From the NCBI RefSeq assembly GCF_002571385.2, contig NW_019217849.1:860715-924714 (forward strand): a stretch of 64,000 nucleotides of DNA, written 5' to 3'. A program made the position numbers and the translations under genes. Below are positions 24,279 to 35,288 of this stretch, one piece after another; position 1 is the stretch's first letter, and each line of letters begins with the position of its first letter. Below the pieces are notes generated by a model. It saw only the letters and a list, made by a program, of their open reading frames with translations. It was not told the DNA's origin and did not search any database. This DNA comes from Stylophora pistillata (lineage: Eukaryota).

Positions 24279-24593
24279 TCATTTGGCGACGGTTTCAATA
24301 AAGTTGGCTAGTTTCACATCCTTTTCAGACAGTCCCCCACAGTCATGTGTGCTAAGTGTAATCTGTACTTTGTTGTACACGTTGAACCATTCAGGATGAT
24401 GATCCATTTTCTCGGCTTGCAAACCAACACGTGTCATGAAACCAAAAGCTTGATTAAAATCTTTGAAAAGAAATTCTTTGTAAATCGCGTCCCTTCCTTC
24501 TACCTCTGTCCATCCAGATTTGAGTAATGGAGAAAGCATCGAGTTTCTCTCCTCTTCGTCAAGTTTCAGGCGCTTTGAAGCAGGATCAGTCAT
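24279..24593 (-). CDS. PCBD: Pterin-4-alpha-carbinolamine dehydratase (PHS/DCoH)
   Basis: 104 aa; [47 protein letters not shown]; possible acceptor 16 nt upstream of ATG. Confidence 0.95.
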   Translation of the reverse strand: MTDPASKRLKLDEEERNSMLSPLLKSGWTEVEGRDAIYKEFLFKDFNQAFGFMTRVGLQAEKMDHHPEWFNVYNKVQITLSTHDCGGLSEKDVKLANFIETVAK

Positions 24594-25345
24594 GATTTGA
24601 TGAAAACTTCTGCAACGAAAATCAGTGTACGTTGGGTGAACGAAGAATGGTAAACCTTACGTATATCAAACATATTTACTATGGGAGGAGTGGGTTAGTA
24701 ACTAATATTTAACTTTTGGACAGGAATTACGTTATTCCGCGAATACATCCACTTGTGACATGAAAACACACAAAGATATTAATTCAAAGAAAAATTTTAA
24801 ACTTGAATAATATAAATACAGAAAAAAAAGTCGGGCTTCATTCATTTACTGATTGCTACTTTCCCCTCCCCAGAAGAGAAAAATATTTTCATCTTAACTC
24901 TCATGAATATTCCACAAGACTTATAAAAAAACCAATCACGCAAAAAGTACCTTATTTGAGCTTTTCCGCCAAATGTTATTCGCGGATTGTATGAGGGGCC
25001 TTCGTACGAGACGCTTTCCCCCTTATTATTCAAATCTCACCCGTAAAATGGCAAGGTAATCACTCCAAGTGAACCTTCATGGTAATTTCCGAAAATTTCG
25101 CAAACAGAAGAGTCGAGTCTTCGAGTTGAGAAATAATCCAAAAAAGCTTTTACTAGAGATTGTTATGCTCTTCGGAATCTTCAAGTCGCCTTTAATTCCC
25201 CAGCCTCGCTTTGGTGCACAAAACTAGGTTCCAGACTCGGGCGTCTAAACATATAGTGAACCGTGAAGGCCTGAATAGAGTAAAAGTCACTCTCGGACAC
25301 TTTTAAGTTAATGCTCGAGTCTACGCAGTTCGTGAGCAAAATTAA

Positions 25346-28177
25346 ATGAGCGAAATGAATTCTGTTCTCGATTCTTCGGAGGAGAAAACAAATGGTACAA
25401 GGCTGTTACGACTGGTGATTGATGGAGGCACTTACGTTCTGAGAGAGTATTTACAGCGATGTGTTCTTCCGCCTGTAACGCTGCAAGACGTGCTTAACAA
25501 CCACAGAGGAAGGCTTGGGCACTTGAAATCAGTTAAGAAGAAAATTACCGATTTTCAGTGGAATCAGTTATTTCCTTCGACTGGTGACCCACCGGACCCT
25601 CAAACATTTGACATAACTCTTTTGCATCTGTTACTACGAGAAGTTTGCGGTTTGACTGTACCAGTTCCTAATGGATGGCACGAAATACCTATAGATACTG
25701 ATACCAGCGATGAAGCTAACATCGTCCGGATCAAGCTCCTTCGAAACAAGCTGTGTCATGGAAAATCCACCAACATTCCTAATGTCGAATTCCAAGATAA
25801 ATGGCAGACGATTGTTAAGTCATTGGTGGCATTGGGACTCAAACAAGAGGAAGTGGATCGCCTTAAAACTGAGCCTATTGATCATGACACTGAACGTCGA
25901 ATAAACGAAGAAGTAGAGAAGTGGAAAATGGACTTTGAACCACGGGTAGACAAGCTGGAGAATGACTATCTGACAGTAAAAGGAGAAATTTCTGCTATTC
26001 AAGCTTCTATTTCAGAGCAATCCATCAGTGAACATACCAACTGTCTTCCGGATAAGAATGATATCTTTGGACGATCCAAAGAGGTGGAACAAATCCTTAG
26101 TGCCATTCAAACTAAAAAAGCAGCGGCAGTTCTTGTAACTGGGGGACCTGGGTTTGGTAAAACAGCCGTGGCGATCGAAGTGGGTCATGAATTGGCATCC
26201 AACTTAAATGAAGATAGGATAGTTTTGTTTTGCCCCCTCAGATCTAAAGCAACTATTGGTGAAGTAGCCACTTCAATGATCCTTACTTGCAGTACAAGCC
26301 ACTCTCAACCACCAGCACATCCCCAACATTGGCTTCGAAATTGGAGCAAACAACAACAGAAGAAAGTTTTTTTAATTCTAGACAATGCTGATGATGTTTT
26401 AGAATCAGATGACCAAGCTGCATTTGTATCTATTTTAGGAGACATGAGAACTTTATCAAACTGTAAATTAACATTTGTTATCACTACCCGGAAAGTATTT
26501 TATGACCCCAATTTGCCCATGGAACCTGTGAGACTGTGCCCATTATCCCCTGATCATGCTGAAGAACTCCTCCTATCCAAAGTTTGTAATTCAGATGTGA
26601 AGCTGGAGCTCAACAAGACAGATGAATTGGTTCAACTTTGTGGCTGTGTACCTCTGGCCTTGTGTATTGTTGGTTCATTGCTTTCAGACTATCCTGAAGA
26701 TCAGCTCATTAAACGTCTTGAGGAAAAGCCATTGGATGTTCTCAGACAGGATGAAAGTGATACCAATTCTGTTGAAAAAGCAATTGACACTTCTTTCAAC
26801 TTTTTGGATAAAAATGAACAAAAGGCTCTGGTACTTCTGTCAGTTTTTCCTGGCTCATTCAGGAATGATGCTGCCCAAGCTGTTATTCAGGCAGGAGGTT
26901 GTCAAGGTGACCCTATATTCATTCTCCGTTCCTTGAAAAACCGGTCACTCATTGAGACACCAGCTTCATGCAGATATCAAATTCATCAATTTATTCAGAC
27001 ATTTGCAAAGAAGAAGATTGATCAAGCCAAGCATTTTCCATTCTTACAGCTGCAGGGGGAAAAAGTGGCCTGCATCCACTTTTTTTCCTGCCTAGTGGAC
27101 ATTGCCAATCGGTACTGGAGCAAAGACAAGTGCAAAGAGGCAATCCAATTGTTTAACATTGACAGGCACAACTTTGAGTATTTCTTTCAGTTCCTCCAAA
27201 GTCTAAGAAATGAGGATCCTCAAGTAATGGAAACTGTGGAGAAATTAATGAAGAAGATTTCCCAGACATGCATATTTTTAGAAATGTGTGTTCTTCCAGG
27301 TGTTTATATGGGGTACCTTAATGAACTTTGTCAGTTGTTGACATCACGCAAACAATCTGTCACTAAATTAGTGGAACTTTTGTGCCTTTTAGGGCTTGAA
27401 AATAGAAAAATAGGTAATCAAAATGAATACAAGAAGTTGATAGACAAGGCTGCAGACCTACACTCAAAACACTCTGAAGAATTTGACAATGAGAAGGTAT
27501 CAGAGGCTTTTTTTTGCAATAATTATGCAAAGTTCCTCTCTGAAATGAAAAGGTGTTCTGAAGCTGAAAAACAATTCGTTAAAAGTTTGAAGTTGTGTGA
27601 ACAACACATGGATTCTGTACAGAAAGGCATAAGTTTGCTTTATGCTGGACGAAATGACAACTGTCAAAATAAACGTGAGCTGGCAGAGGAAAAGTTCAAT
27701 AAGTCATTACACCTTTTTCAGGAGAATCTTGGCAATCACATTATGACAGCACTGCTTCTGAAGGAAATTGCAGATTTCCACCTCTTCCATGGTGAGAAGG
27801 GTCTAGGATCAGCTGCTGACCAACAAAAATCATTGAAACTTTATGAACAAGCTCTGGAAAGGATGGAAAGTGTTGGTATTAAAGACCAGAAAGAATGCAT
27901 TCTGCCACTCACCAACTTAGGACTGTGTTACCAATTGCAAGGTGAGATGGAAGGTGCAAAAAAATTATATCAAGCATCTCTAAGAATTGCAGAACAAGAG
28001 CTAACTGAGAATCATAGGTGGAAGATCTATGTGATGACTCAAATGGCCTCTTGGTATAAAAAAAATGAAAACCCAGAGAGAGCAATAGAGTTGAAAGAAA
28101 AGGCATTGACAATGAGTGACACACTTCAACTGCCAGATCACCAACCACCCAACAAATTTTTGCTACACAAAATTTGA
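25346..28177 (+). CDS. HEPN(DZIP3-like)-coiled coil-STAND NTPase-TPR protein, copy H1
   Basis: 943-aa single exon; FDITLL and RNKLCH (RxxxxH); FGR, Walker A GGPGFGKT, Walker B LILDNADD, ITTR, CGCVPLAL, IHQ (MHD-like); C-terminal TPR-like helices. Confidence 0.92.
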   Translation: MSEMNSVLDSSEEKTNGTRLLRLVIDGGTYVLREYLQRCVLPPVTLQDVLNNHRGRLGHLKSVKKKITDFQWNQLFPSTGDPPDPQTFDITLLHLLLREVCGLTVPVPNGWHEIPIDTDTSDEANIVRIKLLRNKLCHGKSTNIPNVEFQDKWQTIVKSLVALGLKQEEVDRLKTEPIDHDTERRINEEVEKWKMDFEPRVDKLENDYLTVKGEISAIQASISEQSISEHTNCLPDKNDIFGRSKEVEQILSAIQTKKAAAVLVTGGPGFGKTAVAIEVGHELASNLNEDRIVLFCPLRSKATIGEVATSMILTCSTSHSQPPAHPQHWLRNWSKQQQKKVFLILDNADDVLESDDQAAFVSILGDMRTLSNCKLTFVITTRKVFYDPNLPMEPVRLCPLSPDHAEELLLSKVCNSDVKLELNKTDELVQLCGCVPLALCIVGSLLSDYPEDQLIKRLEEKPLDVLRQDESDTNSVEKAIDTSFNFLDKNEQKALVLLSVFPGSFRNDAAQAVIQAGGCQGDPIFILRSLKNRSLIETPASCRYQIHQFIQTFAKKKIDQAKHFPFLQLQGEKVACIHFFSCLVDIANRYWSKDKCKEAIQLFNIDRHNFEYFFQFLQSLRNEDPQVMETVEKLMKKISQTCIFLEMCVLPGVYMGYLNELCQLLTSRKQSVTKLVELLCLLGLENRKIGNQNEYKKLIDKAADLHSKHSEEFDNEKVSEAFFCNNYAKFLSEMKRCSEAEKQFVKSLKLCEQHMDSVQKGISLLYAGRNDNCQNKRELAEEKFNKSLHLFQENLGNHIMTALLLKEIADFHLFHGEKGLGSAADQQKSLKLYEQALERMESVGIKDQKECILPLTNLGLCYQLQGEMEGAKKLYQASLRIAEQELTENHRWKIYVMTQMASWYKKNENPERAIELKEKALTMSDTLQLPDHQPPNKFLLHKI

Positions 28178-28372
28178 GATTTTAAGAGGTCACAGCCTAG
28201 CCAACTCCAGTGCTCATTTATTGGGGGTAAGTGAAAGAGGAGTACCAAATGACCTTGATTAAGTGCCCACACTCTCATGATCACCCTCCCCCATATAAAA
28301 GCCCACCCCTTAGGTCCTAATATCCAACAAGTGCCCCTCTCAAATAAGCTTACACCCTCCGCACCTCCCTTG

Positions 28373-28668
28373 TGGAGGTGCGGTGGCCTCATGGTTGGTG
28401 CACTCAACTCCGGATCGAGTGGTCCGAGTTCGAGTCCTGGATGGAGATATTGTGTTGTGTTCTTGGGCAAGACACTTTACTCTCACAGTGCCTCTCTTCA
28501 CCCAGGTGTTTAAATGGGTACCAGCAAATTTAATGCCTGGGGGTAACCCTGCGTTGGACTAACGTCCCATCCAGGGGGGAGTAGAAATACTCCTAGTTGC
28601 TTCATGCTACAGAAACCGGAGTTAAGTGCTGGCCTGATGGGCCTCTGGCTCGTAAACAGACTTTACCT
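28373..28668 (+). mobile_element. tRNA-headed SINE
   Basis: A/B-box head GGTGGCCTCATGG...GTTCGAGTCC; body CTTGGGCAAGACACTTTACTCTCACAGTGCCTCTC. Confidence 0.75.
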
Positions 28669-28818
28669 CCTGCTCCCTTACTTTCTAAAAAATAGTTATA
28701 ATAAATGGAAATCCTGTTTCTATTGCCACTTTATTTATAACTTGTTAAGCTTCAATTTCAGTGGTATCAGTACAGTTTCTTTTCCATTAAGTCACTTCCT
28801 GTTATTTCTATCTCCATA

Positions 28819-30401
28819 CAGTCAAACCTCGACTATCGGGACATCAATTATGTGGACTTTTTCTCTGGTCCCAATTTTTTCATGAATATTTATTAGTCAT
28901 GATCATATGGTTAGCCAAATGTTGCAAAATTCAACAACTTGCACATTTTTATTCAACAACTAATATTTATGCTTAACAAAATATATTTTTATTCAACAGT
29001 TTACGGTTATATTCAACATTTTATATTTATGTTCAACGACACGCATTTTCTTTTCATATTCAACCAAAATTATTTTCATTCAACAACAATATTTATTCAA
29101 CTTCAGTCCAAACTTTCTACTCAACAAAAACAATTATTCAACTTCTACCATGCATAGTTATTTAATGACATACCTTCTATTATGACCAAGTGTTCGAAAG
29201 TTCCCGGACATTCAAAATATCGTCATTCAACAAAATTCCCCGCCCCTACCCCCGAACTACCCCCAAACATGAAACCCATTCCTTCCAATACGAAGATTAT
29301 GGTTCATTTGTTTCTCCTGTTTACGCTTGAGGCGCCATGGATGATTTGTTACAACTGCGGGCCTCTTTTTCCCTTGTGAAAAGAAGACGAAGAAGAAGGA
29401 ACCGGGAACGATGCCCGGGGCGATAGAATTTGTCATCTCTCGGCTCGCACATCTTGCTGAACTTGCTATAAGGTCGCGCGTTCTCATTAACAACGAGGTA
29501 TTACTTCCCGATCGTTGAAGAGCGATCTCATTTCGAACACATTCTCCCACAATTTGTGTCAGTTCTTCCCTAACATCTCGCCCTGATCCGTCTTCCGAAA
29601 CCATCTCTATTCATGGGCGTTAATGGTCGGGGCACTGGGTCCGCAATACAGCGTATTTAACTGGGGACTGGACGGGGATTTTGTTGAATGACGATATTTT
29701 GAATGTCCGGGAACTTTCGAACACTTGGTCATATCAGAAGGTATGTCATTAAATAACTATGCTTGGTAGAAGTTGAATAATTGTTTTGTTGAGTAAAAAG
29801 TTTGGACTGAAGTTGAACAATTAATTTTGTTGAGTAAAATAAATATAGCTATTGAAGTTGAATAAATATTGTTGTTGAATGAAAATAATTTTTCTCGAAT
29901 ATGAAAAGAAAATGCGTGTCGTTGAACATAAATATAAAATGTTGAATATAACTGTAAACTGTTGAATAAAAATATATTTTGCTGAGCATAAATATTAGTT
30001 GTTGAATAAAAATATGCAAGTTGTTGAATTTTGCAACATTTGGCTAACCATATGATCAAGATCCATAGCCATATTCTTTTTAAAACTACGACATTGAAAA
30101 GTGAAGTAAAGGCGATGTTCTTCTTTAAGACAGACTGACTGACTTCAACATTTTAGGCCAATGTAAAAACATTTTTCATTAATTTTAATGGTTTATACAT
30201 TTGTGTAGAGGTATTCACATAGGACAGTGAAGATGTAGACCATATTTCTTTCACAATGATTTGTTAATGTCTTGTTTCATGATTTTAAAAATGTTGCTTT
30301 CTTAATTTAATCAGTTTTTGTTCACCATTAATGTTCATATTCTCGATTATCTGGACTATTTCATCTAGTCACAACAAGTTCAGATAATCGAGGTTTGACT
30401 G
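28819..30401. mobile_element. TA-flanked MITE interrupted by the IS3EU-like element
   Basis: TA-CAGTCAAACCTCGA...TCGAGGTTTGACTG-TA; related copy at ~46253-46663. Confidence 0.7.
28906..30052. mobile_element. Non-autonomous element with ~335-bp TIRs (IS3EU-like)
   Basis: TATGG...CCATA termini, 6-bp TSD TGATCA, internal ATTCAAC repeats. Confidence 0.85.
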
Positions 30402-31723
30402 TATTGACTTACATCTATGTGGATAATGTTGTGGTTTATTGTTACCCAAAATACAATTATAGTTTGTTGAAAGGAAAACTTAATAAGTGCCCCCCTTGGT
30501 CAAGCACCTACTTTCCAATAAGCACCCCACCTTTTCAAGGAAATATGGTATGTGGGTTTTAAGACTCAGTGAGGTAACGAGTCCTTCATTTTTCATTCAC
30601 ATAAATGTGAAAATGGTAGTGTTCAAGAAAACCCAAAACAGTTTTCTCCTTTTTGCTAATCCACTTCTTTTAATTTTTTTTTTCGCTGTGGAAATGGTAC
30701 TGGTTTTGATTTTACCCAAACATTATTAACTTAAGTTGGCTCTGAAGATACACAAAAATTTTTTTTTAATAACTTTGCAGAAAGGTTATTCATGGTTAAT
30801 AAATGCTCCTGACCAGTTAAATTCAGTGATGAAAGAAACTAGAAGTTACCTAACTCATTTGTGCCTTATTGAGCATCAAGCCAACACTAAGTGTCTTCTT
30901 AAAACCCTTAAACTCCCATGAGTGACCAAGACAGAATTTCTTCTTACAATAGCAATACAATATCAAGCAGACAATTAATGAGAATAAAGACAAATATCTA
31001 TTAGGGAATTATGATTTGATCCAATACCAAATTCTCTAAAGTAACTTGATAAGAATTATATGGAAGACAGCAAGGAGAATTTCTTAATTAGATCAAGGGA
31101 GTGACAGGGTTGGCATAGTGATCAGGGTGTAGTGATCACGGCATAGTGATCAGGGGGGAGCAGGGTTGGCGTATTGGTGAGTTTCAAGGAAACAAAAGAA
31201 AACTGTGGTAGTATTAACTGATCAATTAACCCAGGATAATTTGTTTTATCAACTGAGTTGATGTTATAAACTGACAACTGTAAAGAGTTTCCAAAGCTTA
31301 CATTTCAAGCGTTCACCCTTCGTCAGAGTGAATGGAATGGACCAATTATTAGAATTGGTTCAACATGATTGTTGTAACATGCTAGGTCTCTTCATCCTTC
31401 AAGTTATTTATACAATTTTATATACTTTTTACTGGCTAGGTTGTACAGCAGTGCTCTTTTAAAGGGTTAAATTTATAGTAAGTTTTACTTTTTTATTGAA
31501 ATTCTGAGATGTGGGGTTGTCATTTGGATCAGACATAAAAATTTGTCATCAAATGAAAATTAAATTTACCTAACTTGGTCAGTAACTGCTGATGTTGCTG
31601 GTTCTAATAGTAATAGTTGTTACTCTCACTTTATGTTAGGGTTGTGGTGTAGTAGAATCAGGGATCTGCAAATTTCCTTCATTTGTGCAGCTGCAGAGAA
31701 TATCTGTACCATCCTGTGTTAAT

Positions 31724-32429
31724 AGGGACCTTAAGCAAACCATGACAGTGATGGCAACAAGCACATGGCTAAACAAAAGATCTCACAGGTGTGGCTCAGC
31801 ACATGTGTTTTGAAACTTTGTACATTTCTTTGCTCCGCAAAACAACAATGTGAAATCACCAAATTTGTGTTGTCTGGGAATGGAAACCCAGAGAGCAAAT
31901 CAATTAAGCTTCCATTTAAAACCCAACGCTGCTTCCATACATTATGCTAAAGGTCTGGTGTAGAGGAAAAGGAGACAATCAACATATCCAGCCATTTGCA
32001 AAATTCTAACTGAAAGTATAAATTCTGTTCTTAATCGAGGTCTTCTTCAGCATTGCCTTCCTGGCTGCTTAAGGTCCCTAATATTAGGGACCTTAAGCAA
32101 ACCACGACAGCGACTACAAAGATGACGTGGAAAAACAAAAGATCTAATTGGCATAACAATTGCTCAGCACGTGCATTTTAAAACTTAGTACATTTCTTAG
32201 CACTCCTTTGCTAAACAACAACATGAATTCATCAAAACTATGACAGCAAATTTTTGAATTTCCATTTGGAACTCAATGCTACTTTTATATGTTATGTTGA
32301 GGTTGGGTTTTGGCACTGTATGAAATGATAAACACATGCAGCCATTTTTGAAATTCTAATTAAAAGTAGAAATTCATTTTTAAATCGGCGTCTTCCTTAG
32401 CGTTGCCGTCCTGACTGCTTAAGGTCCCT
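31724..32429. mobile_element. Two adjacent MITEs of one family (31724-32079, 32086-32429)
   Basis: TIR AGGGACCTTAAGCA...TGCTTAAGGTCCCT in both. Confidence 0.8.
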
Positions 32430-33492
32430 AATATTGAGAGGGACATGGTAGATGTATTATTTTAAGTGCAGTTTACTTGTAGAATATTTAATTTATTGAT
32501 GTGAAATGCAAGTTTAAAAAATTTAGCCTTCGATCCTAAGCTTTCTTATCTAGTTCTCAAATTTTTATACAAATTTGTATTTTATCTGTTTTAAAGGGAC
32601 ATTTTTTAAGTTTGATTTTATTACGGTAGTAGCTAGTATTGAAATAATACAGAAAGGAGTTGAAATGAAACAATTAGGTAAGTTACTACTGGTCAGTTAA
32701 TCTGTCAATCAATTGGAAACTTCAACATCCCTCCCCCCTGGGCAACCCCCAAGGCATTTGAACTTTTGAAGATTGGTTTGTTCAAAACTCATGCCCCTAG
32801 AGTAAAAATTGTGTTTAAATGCCCCACCCAATTTATGTGTGAACGGCAAAATCAGTGACCATCACTTTCTACACATTGACCAAGCTTTAAAACTTAGTCC
32901 TTGAAGACCTTCTCTTCTGAACCATTTGCTCACAAAAATGAACTGTCTACCTTGAACGCCTGCCATTTTCAAGAAATAACACTTGTATTCCACTGAGGCA
33001 CCCCCTGAATATGGTTAAAAGTCCACAGCATCCCGGGGGGGTTGTGGGGGGGGGATGTTGAAGCTTCAAGTTATAAGCACATGACTCCTGCATTAACCTC
33101 ATATGCCTTAACTTCAGTCTGCATATTCTCAAATTTAATCTTCTCTATAAATTAATTTTCATATTGACAAGAATTAATTTGTTTGACAACCAATAGCTTC
33201 TTTAGCTGTCAATCATTTCCTTTATTCTCACGACCTCAGTGTTTGCTTCACCAGTCATAGTGCAAAGAGAAACTAGATGCTGGTCAACCTTAGGGATTAA
33301 AGGATTTAATATCTTAATCCAACTTATGTTCTGTTTCAAAAAATATCCTTTACAGAAGTAAGGCAATAACATTTTGGTTAGGTTGTCTGTTGGTGGAGAT
33401 TATTTGTCATTTATGAGGCTCTTGAGCCTGCCTTTGACCTGTACCCCTTTAACTCCCATGAGTGAGCAAGACAATTTCTCCTTTTGATATCA

Positions 33493-33493
33493 A

Positions 33494-33533
<40 letters not shown>
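33493..33533. repeat. (AAT)n microsatellite inside a MITE
   Basis: ~13 AAT units. Confidence 0.9.
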
Positions 33534-35288
33534 TCAAAACAGTATCTAGCAGATAAGTGATGAGAATAAAGAAAAATACCAAATAGGGGATTATTAGTTG
33601 ATTCAATACCAAAATTTCCAAAATAACATAAAAAAACTGTATGGCAGAGAGTAAAGAGAATTTCTGTTGAGATCTTAGAAGTTAAAGAGTAATATGTTTC
33701 TTAATGTGTATTGAGAGTTTCCCAGAAATATCCATATCTTTCTTTTGAAGTGGGTCAGCAGAAATTCCAACAGGATTATAAACAGATGAGCTGTAGGAAA
33801 CCAAGAGACTTTAATGTTGAATGACAAGAAAAAAGACTGAAATTTGTGATAGGTGAAAGTTCTCAAAAGGCCTGAAACCTCTATGGAAAGATTATGGATA
33901 TTTTCTAGGAATTAATAAATGTAAATCTTCCAGGAGACCAAACTACCTTAAATGCTCTCTTTGACTCACATTCCAACATCACGAAAAAAGAAACTGGTAT
34001 AGAGCTTTTGCTTGGCAGCCACGTTGCATGGCAGGAACAATGAAAATATTTTGCATAAGAAAGAGAATTTTTTCCCATGGGAAAATAATCTATTGTTCCT
34101 GCCATGCAACATGGCTGCTGTGCAAAACCTCTATAGTGTAGTGTTTATGCCTAAATTTGTATGTGTTTGTAAAGTGTGGAAAATGTAATAAATTCTGTAA
34201 GAACAATCTTTATATTTTTGATTGCTTTTTCCAGATATAGTGATTGATAGCCCAGTAAATTGCATTTACACTGTCTAAAAGTTTATTGTACATCTGAATC
34301 TATTTGTGATGTTTGAGAAATGTACAATGAAAGTCTTAGGACAACATCCCTGCGTGGGCTCTTTAATTAAACATGTAGACTATGAGTAGTCTGTCCTTGT
34401 CAGCAAAGTTTGTGGTGCAAATAAAAAAAAATCAATGACAACAAAAATTGATGCTAGCACCCTATGAGAAGCTCTTGAAGTGAAAAAAAATTTCTCAAAG
34501 AAATTTACTTTGCTGTGCCTCTCACGCAGACATGAGTTTAGTGATCCCATCTTTTTTTTCAGCCAGTCTTACAGCAGTTAATTTATCTGGATTCACTTTT
34601 CTGAAAAGCAAGTTTTAAAAAATTTTTTACTGTATGTTCAAAGCTGTCTCAATTTCAAGACAATTAGAATCAATTCCATCAAACTAGTCTGTGGGTTGCA
34701 GTCACAAAAAACTACAGTTAATGGTGTGCTAAGAAGCTATAATATTGCTATGGCAACTTCTTGGGGTTATATAGAAAATAGGATTACAGTATATAGAGAG
34801 AAAACTCAAATTTCTACTGTTTAGAAGAAAAAAATAAAAAATTGTACTGATACCAATCCTTTCATGTATATTTTGTAAAAAATGAAGGAAACTTTTTTGA
34901 GTGTTCTTAATCACGTTTTGACGTATATGGCTCTAGACTCTTGGTTAGTAGCAGTGAGCTCAGGAAAGATTGAGAAGGAGGAATCATTGCCCCTCTAACT
35001 CTTTGCCCCCATACTTATTTCCTGTGCACCCAACCACTGTAATATTTAAAAGCACCAAGAACAGGCTAGCCACCTCGTAAAATCTTAACCCTTTAATAAC
35101 TCCCAGGAGTGATTCACTTGTAACTTCTCCCTTTAATGTCCATACATTATCCAGAAATAAGGTAATAAGAGCTAGTACTCATTTCAGTATTTAGGTATCT
35201 AATACCAAATTCTTGTCACTAATTAACAAGGAAACATGTAGCAGCCAGAGGGGAGAATCAACAATCAGATCTTGGTTAAGTTGAAGGG

